Source: an uncultured Parvibaculum sp.
Lineage (GTDB): Bacteria; Pseudomonadota; Alphaproteobacteria; Parvibaculales; Parvibaculaceae
NCBI GenBank assembly: GCA_964573935.1
Contig: CAZNLO010000001.1
Location: 13,571 to 77,570 of the forward strand
Length of the DNA stretch: 64,000 bases
Reading direction: 5' to 3'
The notes below the pieces were generated by a model. That model ran no database searches and was not told where the DNA came from. It was given only the letters and a program-made list of their open reading frames with translations. The position numbers and the translations under genes were made by a program. Below, piece after piece: positions 17,603-27,555 of the stretch (positions are counted from its first letter, which is position 1; each line of letters begins with the position of its first letter).

Positions 17603-18841
17603 CTAGGTTTTTCGCTCCCCCCACAGAAAAAAGCCGATCAGGGCGATGGCGAGGAGGCAATAGAGGAATGAGATGTTGGCGATGGCGGCAGCGCTGAGGC
17701 CTGCATCGATCATCCAGCCGAAGGTAACGGGGGCAAGGGCGGTGGCGAACACCATGAGGGAGGTACTCAGTGAGCGGATGGAGCCCAGATGTCTGGTGCC
17801 ATAGAGTTCCGGCCAGAGTACGCCGCTCACGGTCATGGCGCCACCCGTCGAAATACCTGCCAGAATGAAATAGAGGAAGATGCCATAATGAGCCTCGATG
17901 AGGCTGATCGCCAGTAGTGAGAAGGCGAGGGGCACCATGTAAAACGCCATCAGGGGCCGGAAACCGAAGCGGTCGGCGAAGGGACCGGTCAGTAGGGACG
18001 TGACGATCTTTATCCCGGCGAAGGCAGCGAAGCCCGCAGCCACAAGTTCAACCGGCCACTCTTTTGAGTGGGAGAGAAACCCCTGGTGGATGAAGAAGCC
18101 GGTAAGGATGAAGGCCGGGGCCATCATGGCGGGGATGAGAATATAGAAACGCGGGTCGCGCAGGACCTGCGCACGCGTCCAGTCGCGGGTGGACGTGTGT
18201 GGGAAGGGGTGGGCAAGCCCGTCTGTTTGAGGCAGAGCCTCGTGCCGGGGCTCCTGCCACACCAGCCAAAGGCACAGGGGCAATAGGCCGAGCATAAGCA
18301 TAACTGCAAACGCAACCCATGATTGCTGCCAGCCGATCAGAACGATCAGAGCGACAATTATTGCAGGGAAAAGGGCTTCGCCAAGACTGTATCCGGTGGA
18401 GGCCAGGGTGACGGCCTTGCCTCTGTTGGTGGAAAAATACCGCCCCATGGTTGTTGAGGCGGTGTGGGACATGAGGCCCTGTCCGACGTGGCGCAGGAAA
18501 AAGAGGGCAACCACAAACATCCAGAAATGGGGCACAAGGGCGATGGCCAGGGCAGCGGCGGCCAGGACGATGATGGTCATGGCGGTGAAGGTTCGCAAGG
18601 ATACCTGGTCGATTATGCGCCCGGTCCAGGGCAGGACGGCTGCGCTTAGCAGTGTGACGAACGAAAAAGCGCCGCCAAAAGCTGAAGCGGTAAGGTCGAA
18701 GGTCTCGCGCAACTGTATCTGAAAAAGGCCCACAAAAAATGACTGCCCGAAGCTGGAGCCAAAGGCCATAAGCAGGCCGAAGAAGAGCAGCCGTTTGTTG
18801 AGCTGCACAAAACGTAAGTATTGCTGGAGTGGTGCGAACAT
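17603..18841 (-). CDS. MFS transporter
   Basis: About 12 hydrophobic segments; GRIIDQ and GPFADRFG loop motifs. Confidence 0.92.
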   Translation of the reverse strand: MFAPLQQYLRFVQLNKRLLFFGLLMAFGSSFGQSFFVGLFQIQLRETFDLTASAFGGAFSFVTLLSAAVLPWTGRIIDQVSLRTFTAMTIIVLAAAALAIALVPHFWMFVVALFFLRHVGQGLMSHTASTTMGRYFSTNRGKAVTLASTGYSLGEALFPAIIVALIVLIGWQQSWVAFAVMLMLGLLPLCLWLVWQEPRHEALPQTDGLAHPFPHTSTRDWTRAQVLRDPRFYILIPAMMAPAFILTGFFIHQGFLSHSKEWPVELVAAGFAAFAGIKIVTSLLTGPFADRFGFRPLMAFYMVPLAFSLLAISLIEAHYGIFLYFILAGISTGGAMTVSGVLWPELYGTRHLGSIRSLSTSLMVFATALAPVTFGWMIDAGLSAAAIANISFLYCLLAIALIGFFLWGERKT

Positions 18842-18971
18842 GGGGGGTGGCTACAAGGTGTGTGGGGCTTGCGCAAGAGACTTTGGTTTCCCTACAGGCT
18901 TTACCTCAAAGTGATTGGTGTTGCCGGCGGAGGTTCTTAAGTTGGCCGAACAATCATTGAGGAGTTCAGAT

Positions 18972-19516
18972 ATGTCTCTGAAAGAGCAACTTGAGGCGAT
19001 GAGCACCAAGGCGCTGAAACGGTTTCCGGCTGAGGCCCTTGCTGTGATGTCAAAGGCCGCAGAAGAACTGGATGCGCAGGGGGTTGGTGATGATGGCTTG
19101 CGCGAGGGCGACCTGTTTCCCGATGTCGGGCTTTTGGACCCGACCGGCTCGCCGAGGTGCGTGGGTTGGGCGCAGAGCTGGTGGCGATCTCGCCGGAAAT
19201 TCCTGATCCGTCAGAGGCCACGTCGCAAAAGAATGCGCTGACCTATCCGGTACTGACGGACCCGCAAAATGCGCTGGCAGAGGCTTTGGGCATTGTGTTT
19301 GAGCTCCCCCTGGAACTTCAGGCGCTTTACGAGGCATTTGAGCATAATCTACCGGCGGAGAACGGGGAGGCTGGCTGGCGGCTGCCGATCCCGGCGACTT
19401 ATGTGGTGGGGTCCGACGGTCGTATTGTGTTTGCGCATGTTGCCAGGGACTACCGCACCCGGGCTGAGCCTGCCGAAGCGTTGGCTGTTCTGAAGGCTCA
19501 TTGCGGAACTGTTTGA
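18972..19516 (+). pseudogene. AhpC/TSA peroxiredoxin-like gene with internal deletion and frameshift
   Basis: 5' half ends at LLDPTGSP in one frame; 3' half AEVRGLGAELVAISPE...LPIPATYVV...RAEP is in another; the CxxC segment is missing; junction near 19148-19154. Confidence 0.85.
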
Positions 19517-20039
19517 AGGACCAGGTTTTAAGGCCTGTTTCGGACCCGATTTAATAAAATTCGGGCTGTTGAGCGCGTATGCGTGGCACGTCCCCTGGCG
19601 GGTGCGCTACAATTTTTGGTAAATATTGGAGCTTTTCCGGCGCTGTTCTCCCGGTACCTCATTAACCTTGAGACTTGATGGGGGGCTGGAGCGAAGGGCT
19701 GGCTGGTTCACGTTATTTTCTTATGTTTACAGTCTGTTAACCATGAACCCCCGGGATTGCCCGGGATCATGCTGATGTTGCAGGTCCTGGCCGGAAAGAT
19801 CTCCACGTTGCGTCGGGGCCTTCGGTCTGTGTCATAAATATCATACCTGTCACGCAAGAGTGACCGAACTTGCGACAATTTTACCCAATCAACTTGACTC
19901 AATCTGCAATTCCAGCTCGGTTGGATACGAGGGATGCTGACTGGCCAGGGGGGGATGGTTTGCCTATGAGGGGACAACCGACACCTTCCGATCCAGCTGC
20001 AATTGTGTAAACGCATCGAGGGTCGAGGAGGATCATTCC

Positions 20040-22592
20040 ATGAATAGAAGCAGAGTGCGCTCTGCGCTACTTGGCAGCGCCGTTGGTGTTGCCATGGTGG
20101 CGGCATCGGGCACTGCGAACGCGCTAGAGTATAATTTTGGCGGCGTTCAAGTGTTTTTTGATACGACAGTGTCTGCTGGCGTATCTGTGAGGGTTGCTGA
20201 AACCAATCCGCTTTTCCTGCCTGAAGGCAATGGAGGTCCGCTGGACCAACGGGATCTGCTGGGGCCAGTGGCCGGCGGTACTGTTGCAGCGCCGAGTGCG
20301 GCTGCGCAGGCACCGAACTCTCTGTTCGTTCCAGATAACCGTCAGGCGGACAATTTCGGCGGGTCGGTTAACGGCGACGATGGCCGGCTGAACTTTGACC
20401 GGGGCGATCTGACCTCTGGTCTTGTCAGGGTCACGAATGACATTCAGGCGAACTATCAGAACTACACGTTCTTTGCTCGTGTGAACTCATTCTATGACGC
20501 TGTGCTGGATGACAGAGGCTCGTATGCCCGTTCAGGCATTGGCGACGGTGCCGAAGTTGATGTGGCCCGCGATATTGATCTGCTCGACTTCTACGTGTCG
20601 GGCGATTTCAATGTTGGCAGTCTGCCGCTCAACGTGCGTATCGGTAAGCAGGTTGTGAACTGGGGGGAAGCCACCTTCATTCTCAATGGCATTAGTTCTT
20701 GGAACCCGTTTGACGTGAATGCGTTCCGGCGTCCTGGTGCTGAAGTCAGAGAAGGTTTGCTGCCGATCTGGGGTGCCTATGCCTCGATTGGTCTGCCGTA
20801 TGATCTGTCTCTGGAAGCTTTCTATCAGTTTGAGTTCCAGGAACTACAGCTTGACCGTCCAGGTACACCGTTTGCGACTTCAGACGTTGCGCGGGTTGGT
20901 AGCCAGCTTGGTGGCAATGTCGGGGGTGTTGCGTTCACGTCCGGCTCACAGCGGTCTGGTTCGTTCAAACGAAATTGTGACGGGACTACGACTCTTGGTG
21001 GCTTCTTCGCTCCTGGCTGTGCCCAGGGTGATGGCAGCTTCATTGACTACCGGGATGATATTCCAATCGGCATCAATGAGCAGGTTCGTCTCGCCAACGG
21101 TGACCGGACAGCCATCGGTCGTGGTGTAGACCGGGAAGCAAAAGATACGGGCCAGTATGGTGCGGCTCTTCGCTGGTATTCTGAAGACCTGAACTCTACC
21201 GAGTTTGGCTTCTACTTCATGAATTACCATTCCCGTCTGCCGATTGTCAGCCAGCGCACGCTTGCGCCTATCGTTGGTATTACGACTACTGGTGCCAGCT
21301 CAACAGCGCTGACACGACAGCTTGCAAGTGCTGGGTGTCTGGGTGCTTTTGGGCCCGCGTCCGGTGCTTTATCGGCGGCTAATCCAACAGGCGAGTTTGC
21401 TACAGTCCTCTTCGGTAACCCGGCTCTTGCGGGTGGTATTGCGACAGCTACAACGGCTGGTGGTGGACCAATTCTTGATCCACTTGGTCTTTTGTCCAAT
21501 GCTGGGCTCGACGCAACGATTGATGGCACCATTCCTTTTATTGACTTGGATCCGGGCACGGTGGGTGTCCAGAATGGCTTCCTAAACGGCGGTATTACTA
21601 TAGCGGGTGCCGCACCAACGCTTCGCAAGCTTGCCCAGATCAACTGTATTTTGGCAATTACGCAATCGACTGCGGCTGTTGGCTTCACACCGACGGATGT
21701 TGGTGGTTTGAGCAACGCATTGCCATTGCTCCGGACGGGATCGGAACTTTTGTCTCTGGACTTCCAGCAGGAGCTGTTCCTTGAATATCCGGAAGATATT
21801 CAGCTCTTCGGGGTGTCGTTCAACACCACCCTGGGTGACTGGGGTGTGCAGGGGGAAGTTGCGTACCGTCGTGACCAGCCATTGCAGCTCGATACGGACT
21901 CCATCACCATTGCTGCTGCTGCTGCAGGCTGTGCGTTTGCCCCTCTGGGTGACGCTGCTCTTCTGGGGTTTGAACCGCTGGTGAACCAGGGAACAGGCTG
22001 TGCCGGGTCACTGGCTTCGGGCGGTATTGTTGGTCAGGAAATCAACGGCTTTGTTCGTGAGGAAGTTGTTACCTTTGATATCGGGACAACAGCGACCTAC
22101 ACCAACTCCCACCCGATTATCGGGGCTCTTGGTGCTGACATCGGCATCCTGCTGACGGAAGTTGGAGCCATGTATGTTCCTGACGCTCCAGGTGAAGGTG
22201 ATTTCACTCGGCTTCAACTGGGCAATGTATGTACCTCTGGTTCGGACTTGCCACTCGGTGGTCTTCTGGCTCTTGACGCCCGTTCAGGTTGTCGTTCCTC
22301 GGCTTTCTCCTACGGCTATGTTCTGGTGGGTATCCTCCAGTACAACAATGCCTTTGGAACGCCGATCACGCTGAGCCCGTCGATTGCATGGTCGCACAAC
22401 GTGAAGGGCAATTCGCCAGCACCGCTGTCGAACTATCGTGAGGGTCGCAAGCGTGTGAGCCTCAGCCTTAACGGCTCTTATCAGAGCACGTGGCGCGGTG
22501 GTATCTCTTATGTCAACAACTTCGGCAATGAGAAATACACCAACACAGGTGACCAGGACTTTGTCTCGGTCAATCTGAGCTACTCGTTCTGA
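20040..22592 (+). CDS. DUF1302 family outer-membrane protein (AupA-like)
   Basis: Signal peptide, FDTTVSAGVSVR, NGDDGRLNFDRGD, GKQVVNWGE, YPEDIQLFGVSFNT and C-terminal DQDFVSVNLSYSF. Confidence 0.9.
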   Translation: MNRSRVRSALLGSAVGVAMVAASGTANALEYNFGGVQVFFDTTVSAGVSVRVAETNPLFLPEGNGGPLDQRDLLGPVAGGTVAAPSAAAQAPNSLFVPDNRQADNFGGSVNGDDGRLNFDRGDLTSGLVRVTNDIQANYQNYTFFARVNSFYDAVLDDRGSYARSGIGDGAEVDVARDIDLLDFYVSGDFNVGSLPLNVRIGKQVVNWGEATFILNGISSWNPFDVNAFRRPGAEVREGLLPIWGAYASIGLPYDLSLEAFYQFEFQELQLDRPGTPFATSDVARVGSQLGGNVGGVAFTSGSQRSGSFKRNCDGTTTLGGFFAPGCAQGDGSFIDYRDDIPIGINEQVRLANGDRTAIGRGVDREAKDTGQYGAALRWYSEDLNSTEFGFYFMNYHSRLPIVSQRTLAPIVGITTTGASSTALTRQLASAGCLGAFGPASGALSAANPTGEFATVLFGNPALAGGIATATTAGGGPILDPLGLLSNAGLDATIDGTIPFIDLDPGTVGVQNGFLNGGITIAGAAPTLRKLAQINCILAITQSTAAVGFTPTDVGGLSNALPLLRTGSELLSLDFQQELFLEYPEDIQLFGVSFNTTLGDWGVQGEVAYRRDQPLQLDTDSITIAAAAAGCAFAPLGDAALLGFEPLVNQGTGCAGSLASGGIVGQEINGFVREEVVTFDIGTTATYTNSHPIIGALGADIGILLTEVGAMYVPDAPGEGDFTRLQLGNVCTSGSDLPLGGLLALDARSGCRSSAFSYGYVLVGILQYNNAFGTPITLSPSIAWSHNVKGNSPAPLSNYREGRKRVSLSLNGSYQSTWRGGISYVNNFGNEKYTNTGDQDFVSVNLSYSF

Positions 22593-22637
22593 GCTTGTCC
22601 TGAAGCGCAGGCTTTAGGACATTCCTGAAAAATAGAA

Positions 22638-22666
22638 GCCCGGCGGATTATCCGCCGGGCCTTTTT
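22638..22666 (+). terminator. Rho-independent terminator after DUF1302
   Basis: GCCCGGCGGA-TTA-TCCGCCGGGC perfect stem plus CTTTTT. Confidence 0.85.
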
Positions 22667-22824
22667 CATGTCCTCATTTCCTGTCCAGTCCCGCGAGAGG
22701 TTTACTCATTACGAAGATTTAATATCCGCCGGAAAAAATTCCCATGATTTCAATGTCTTGGTAGGCTCCGTTGCGGTGACATTTCCGATTGTTAACAGAC
22801 AGGCGGCACGGAAACAGTTAGGCT

Positions 22825-22841
22825 TTGGCACAAGTGGTGCT
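22825..22841 (+). promoter_or_regulatory. Putative sigma54 (-24/-12) promoter of DUF1329
   Basis: TTGGCACAAGTGGTGCT has GG-N10-GC spacing and two mismatches to YTGGCACGRNNNTTGCW. Confidence 0.55.
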
Positions 22842-22944
22842 TATTTCTTCGCGTTGGGGGAATGACGTAAGACGATGGCTTCGTGGTCGTTCGAGCGAGC
22901 TGCTACTGAATTGAAACGCGGGGGTGTTTCTTAGGAGGGAACCT

Positions 22945-24306
22945 ATGAAGAATAAATTGACACTAGGTTTGGCATGTTGCCTGACCGCAGGCGCTTTCGC
23001 GACCAGTGCATTGGCGGGCGTTCCAGCCTCCCAGGCCGACCGGTTGGGGAATGATCTGACTCCAATGGGATCAGAGCGTGCCGGCAGCGGGGACATTCCC
23101 GCATGGACAGGTGGTTTGTCCAGCGTTCCGAGCAATGTTTCGTTTTCAGCCGACAAGCTGTTACCGAACCCATTTTCAAGCGATCCGATCAAATTCACGG
23201 TCACGAGCGCCAACATGGGCCAGTATGACGACCAGTTGACGACGGGTTACAAAACACTGCTGTCGACTTATCCATCTTATAAGATGAATGTCTACCAATC
23301 ACGGCGGACGTGTGCATTCCCTGAAGCGGTTTATGCTGCGACGGCTAACAATGCCCTGGTTGGTGAGCTGGCTGGTGGCGGCAATGGTATTGGTGGAGCC
23401 ATTAACGGCTTTCCGTTCCCCATTCCGAGCAGTGGTCTTGAAATCATATGGAACCACACATTGCGGTATCGTGACTTCAAGGTCACCCGTCAGACAGCAA
23501 ACGCGGCTGTAACGCGCGGTGGTGACTACACGAATGTGATCTCTCAGCAGGATATCATTTTCCGTTATTCGGATCCGCAGTTCAGTGCGGCTGAGCAGCT
23601 CGACAATATCTCGATCTACTTTATTGCCAATACTGTGGCACCTGCGCGTTCTGCCGGTTCCGTGATCCTTGTTCACGAAACGCTTGACCGATCAATCGAC
23701 CCACGTAAAGCCTGGCAGTATAGCCCTGGCACGCGTCGTGTTCGTCGCGCACCAAACATTGCCTATGACAATCCAGGCGTAAACTCTGATGGTCTGAGCA
23801 CTTCAGATTCATTCGATGGCTACAATGGCGCGCCGGATCGTTATGACTGGACGGTTGTTGGCAAGGCAGAAAAATTTGTCGTAGAGAATGCATATGATTC
23901 AATCAATGCGTCCTATGATGAGCTTATTCAGCCACTGCATCTTAATCAGGATACGTTGCGGTATGAGTTGCGTCGTGTGTGGACGATTGAAGCCAATCTG
24001 AAGCCAAACACACGGCATGTTTATGGCCGTCGTGTTATGCATATGAATGAAGATAGCTGGACCCTCATGTCTGCCGAAAATTATGACGCGCGTGGTGAGC
24101 TGTGGCGTGTTCAGGAAATGCATGGCATTCAGCGCTATCATGTTCCGCTTTGCAACAAGGCTGCTGAAATTGTCTATGACATGCAGGCAGGACGTTATCT
24201 CGCACTGACTATGGAAAATGATGAAGGCCCAACCAACTATACGGCCGATGAGCTGAACTCTCAGCACTTCACACCAGCCGCCATTCGTCAGATGGGTACA
24301 CGGTAA
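22945..24306 (+). CDS. DUF1329 family periplasmic protein (LolA-like, AupB-like)
   Basis: LTPMGSERAG, PFPIP, WQYSPGTRRVRRAP and YDARGELWRV motifs; AGGAGG RBS, ATG 22945. Confidence 0.93.
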   Translation: MKNKLTLGLACCLTAGAFATSALAGVPASQADRLGNDLTPMGSERAGSGDIPAWTGGLSSVPSNVSFSADKLLPNPFSSDPIKFTVTSANMGQYDDQLTTGYKTLLSTYPSYKMNVYQSRRTCAFPEAVYAATANNALVGELAGGGNGIGGAINGFPFPIPSSGLEIIWNHTLRYRDFKVTRQTANAAVTRGGDYTNVISQQDIIFRYSDPQFSAAEQLDNISIYFIANTVAPARSAGSVILVHETLDRSIDPRKAWQYSPGTRRVRRAPNIAYDNPGVNSDGLSTSDSFDGYNGAPDRYDWTVVGKAEKFVVENAYDSINASYDELIQPLHLNQDTLRYELRRVWTIEANLKPNTRHVYGRRVMHMNEDSWTLMSAENYDARGELWRVQEMHGIQRYHVPLCNKAAEIVYDMQAGRYLALTMENDEGPTNYTADELNSQHFTPAAIRQMGTR

Positions 24307-24353
24307 AACGAACGCTGTTGTTTTTTTGAACAAGAGTGATGTTTTTGGAAAAT

Positions 24354-24389
24354 GGCCCCGGGAGTTCTCAACCCCCGGGGCTTCTCTTT
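24354..24389 (+). terminator. Terminator after DUF1329
   Basis: GCCCCGGG/CCCGGGGC stem followed by TTCTCTTT. Confidence 0.65.
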
Positions 24390-24732
24390 GCCCGGACAGA
24401 GCGTTGTTATGCGCCTGCCTGTGGGCGGGCGTTAACCGATCAGGGTGCTTTTGGCACTTCGGCTTGGTGTTCCAAGCGTTAGCCTATAGGATAATGTGGG
24501 TTGCGCCTGCGGGGTTGGCCCACAATCTACCGGGTTCCGGAACCACCGGAATTTCGTGTCTGTCTTGGTCTTTCAAGCCGGGGAAGTCCCCGATAACAAG
24601 AAGCAGTGGCCAGGATTGTCGACGGCTGGATCAATATACAAACAGGTTTGTTTGGTGTCGGTCTGACTTTATTGGGAGTTTGAGCATTTCATCAGCGCTC
24701 ATATCGGCGCGGGGTGCTCTAGAGGGAACAAT

Positions 24733-25797
24733 GTGAGTATTCAGGTCATGACAGTAATGAAATCCAATTCAATTGTCGGCAATCTCAGCCGTCACGCCAC
24801 CCGGTCCATTTCTTCAGCTCTGCTGGCTCTTTCTTTTGCTGTTGCTCCTGTTGCAGCGGTTCAGGCGGATGAGTTTAATGGCAAACCAATCAACTATGCG
24901 ACAGAGTCCGCGCTGGCCTCTAAGAAATTGCTTCTTGATGTGGTTCAAGCCAACGGGCGGATTATCGCGGTTGGTGAGTTTGGCCACATAGTTTATTCCG
25001 ATGATGAGGGTAACTCCTGGAGCCAGGCAAACTCAGTGCCGACCCAGGTCACGTTGACGTCTGTGAGCTTTCCAACGAGCGAGGTTGGTTATGCGGTTGG
25101 TCACGATGCGGTCATCATTAAAACTGTTGACGGCGGGGAAAACTGGGTTCTTATCTACGAAGATTTTGACGCTGAGACGCCCTTAATGTCGGTGCTTTTT
25201 GATACGCCGACCCATGGGCTGGCGATGGGTGCATTTGGCTATCTTCTGGAAACAACCGATGCCGGGGTCACCTGGGCACAACGCCCGGTCATTGAAGGGG
25301 GAGAGGATGATTTTCATCTGAATGACTCCTTCCTTGATACGGATGGAACGATCTGGATCGCAGCCGAGTTCGGCATCGTCTACCGTTCTGACGATCAGGG
25401 TGCGACCTTTACCAGACTGCAGACACCCTACGAGGGGTCATTCTGGGGTGGTCGAGCTCTCAGCGACGGGGCTGTGCTTATTTATGGCATGCGTGGCAAC
25501 GTTTTCCGCTCGGAGGACGATGGTGCGGTCTGGACGAAAGTGGAAACAGGCTCCACTAAATCGTTTGGGGGGAGTGCGGAGCTTGCTGACGGGACTGTTG
25601 TTCTGGCCGGTCTGAACGGTGCCGTGGCCTACTCCTCCGACGGGGGTAAGTCCTTTCAGACGGTGAGCCGGGTTGATCGCTCTGGCTACAATGCCGTGAT
25701 CGGTGTGAAGGATGACAGGATTGCAATTTTCGGCGAGCCGGGGATCAAGATCATGCCGGATACGGCCGAGGCCGCGCTGGCAGCGGGCAGCACCTGA
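24733..25797 (+). CDS. YCF48-like/BNR-repeat beta-propeller protein
   Basis: Signal peptide; repeated Asp-box motifs SDDEGNSW, TVDGGENW, TTDAGVTW, SDDQGATF, SEDDGAVW, SSDGGKSF. Confidence 0.9.
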   Translation: MSIQVMTVMKSNSIVGNLSRHATRSISSALLALSFAVAPVAAVQADEFNGKPINYATESALASKKLLLDVVQANGRIIAVGEFGHIVYSDDEGNSWSQANSVPTQVTLTSVSFPTSEVGYAVGHDAVIIKTVDGGENWVLIYEDFDAETPLMSVLFDTPTHGLAMGAFGYLLETTDAGVTWAQRPVIEGGEDDFHLNDSFLDTDGTIWIAAEFGIVYRSDDQGATFTRLQTPYEGSFWGGRALSDGAVLIYGMRGNVFRSEDDGAVWTKVETGSTKSFGGSAELADGTVVLAGLNGAVAYSSDGGKSFQTVSRVDRSGYNAVIGVKDDRIAIFGEPGIKIMPDTAEAALAAGST

Positions 25798-25835
25798 TCT
25801 GACCTGGTTTGGGCTCGGATGTTTGAGAGAAATGT

Positions 25836-25862
25836 AAAGGCCCCAGGTTTCGGGGCCTTTTT
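25836..25862 (+). terminator. Rho-independent terminator
   Basis: AAAGGCCCC/GGGGCCTTT stem plus T tract. Confidence 0.8.
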
Positions 25863-25973
25863 CATTGCGGTGGGGCTACGTCCGGCCCGCGCATTTACGG
25901 GCTCTCCTCTGGTGCCGATGGCCCGCGTCCGCTAGATTTGCACGCAATCAGAACTGTTAGGGTGGGTTGGAGA

Positions 25974-26780
25974 GTGGATAAATTTGAAACCTTTGGGGCC
26001 TTCACGCGCATTGTGCGCGCAGGCCGGGTGGCGCTGGTTGAGTTTGATCGCGGCGACGGGTTGAACGCGTTGTCGGTGGCTGCGATGAAAGAACTCACTG
26101 CGGTTGCGGACAGTTTTGAAGATGATCTTGAAATTTCTGCCATTGTTCTCACAGGAACGGATAACGTCTTTTCCGCTGGCGCGGACTTGAAAGACCCGGC
26201 CCTTGCCATGCGCCCTGAAGGTCTGCTTCAGCGTCGTCACGCGCTTAAAGTGGGGCCGAACATGTGCGGAGCCTGGGAACGGCTGGAGCAGATTACGATC
26301 GCAGCCGTGGAGGGTTTTTGCATTGGAGGTGCCAGCGCCCTCGTTGCGGCGCTTGATATTCGTATTGCCAGCCGGGAGGCTTTCTTTCGGCTGCCCGAAG
26401 TGCCGCTGGGCATGAATATGAGTTGGCAGACCAATCCGCGTCTGGTCAATCTCATGGGGCCTGCCAAGACAAAGCTTTTTACCATTTTGGGCGAGCCGCT
26501 TCGTGCCGAGCAAGCAGCGGAGTGGGGGCTGGTTGAAGAGGTTGTTGAAGCGGGCGGCGCGCGTGCAGCGGCGATCGATTTGGCAGAGCGTTTCGGAGCG
26601 CTGCCGCCTGTTGGCGTGCGCATGTCAAAGCAGTCCATCGATGTGGCGGCCAAGGCGTTGAACCACGCGACGACCTATATGGACCGGGATCAGTTTGCGC
26701 TGGCAGCAACTTCGCGCGATCAGAGTGAAGCCATCGCTGCATTTCTAGAAAAACGAAAACCAGTTTTCACGGGAGAATAG
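25974..26780 (+). CDS. Enoyl-CoA hydratase/isomerase family protein
   Basis: FSAGADLK, AAVEGFCIGG and RLPEVPLG motifs; GTG start at 25974. Confidence 0.92.
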   Translation: MDKFETFGAFTRIVRAGRVALVEFDRGDGLNALSVAAMKELTAVADSFEDDLEISAIVLTGTDNVFSAGADLKDPALAMRPEGLLQRRHALKVGPNMCGAWERLEQITIAAVEGFCIGGASALVAALDIRIASREAFFRLPEVPLGMNMSWQTNPRLVNLMGPAKTKLFTILGEPLRAEQAAEWGLVEEVVEAGGARAAAIDLAERFGALPPVGVRMSKQSIDVAAKALNHATTYMDRDQFALAATSRDQSEAIAAFLEKRKPVFTGE

Positions 26781-26781
26781 T

Positions 26782-27555
26782 ATGGGCCGGGTTGAGGGAA
26801 AAATGGCGTTTGTGACGGGAGCGGCGCAAGGGCTCGGGCGGGCAAGCGCTCTCATGTTGGCGCGGGAGGGTGCAAAGGTCACGGTTGCCGACATTAATGT
26901 TGCAGGTGCGGATGACGCGGCTGCGGAGATCAACTCCCTCTACGAGGGCTGCGGGTTTTCGGTGGAGCTGGATGTTACTTCCGAAGATCAATGGCGCGCG
27001 ACGCTGGAGCAGGCGCACGCGCGTATGGGTGGCTTGAACGTACTTGTAAACAATGCCGGCATCGGCGGGGGGACGACGGTTGAAGACACGGATTTCGCGA
27101 CCTGGAAAAAAGTTCAGGAAGTTGATGTTGATAGTGTGTTTCTGGGGTGCAAGTACGCCCTTCCTCTGATGCGCGCTCATGCGCCGGGGTCAATTATCAA
27201 TATTTCCTCAATTGCCGGGCTGATCGCCGGCCACAATATGGCTGCATACAATGCTGCCAAGGCGGCGGTGTGGCTGTTGTCCAAATCGGTTGCGTTACAT
27301 TGTGCAAAACGGGGTTACAATATTCGCTCCAATTCAGTTCACCCGACCTTTATCGACACGCCTATACTTGACGGGATGGTCGGTGATGGCATGACCCGGG
27401 ATGAGCTGAAAGCGAAACTCGGGCGACAAATCCCTCTGGGAAGAGTGGGGGATACGGATGATATTGCTTATGCGGTTTTATACCTGGCGAGCAACGAGTC
27501 TAAATACATCACCGGTTCGGAGATCAAGGTGGATGGTGGCATTAGCGCTATGTAA
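26782..27555 (+). CDS. Short-chain dehydrogenase/reductase
   Basis: TGAAQGLG, NNAG, SS and YNAAK catalytic motifs. Confidence 0.95.
   Translation: MGRVEGKMAFVTGAAQGLGRASALMLAREGAKVTVADINVAGADDAAAEINSLYEGCGFSVELDVTSEDQWRATLEQAHARMGGLNVLVNNAGIGGGTTVEDTDFATWKKVQEVDVDSVFLGCKYALPLMRAHAPGSIINISSIAGLIAGHNMAAYNAAKAAVWLLSKSVALHCAKRGYNIRSNSVHPTFIDTPILDGMVGDGMTRDELKAKLGRQIPLGRVGDTDDIAYAVLYLASNESKYITGSEIKVDGGISAM

Noticed and set aside
15677-20000. Intact prophage or ICE integrated at tRNA-Thr
   Set aside because: No integrase, phage genes or repeat of the tRNA 3' end found by eye; only a small XRE remnant.
24451-24468. TTGGCACTTCGGCTTGG as a sigma54 promoter for YCF48
   Set aside because: No GC at the required GG-N10-GC position.
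24326-24736. 136-aa ORF between DUF1329 and YCF48
   Set aside because: Runs through a terminator, has no recognisable motif and atypical composition; probably regulatory DNA.
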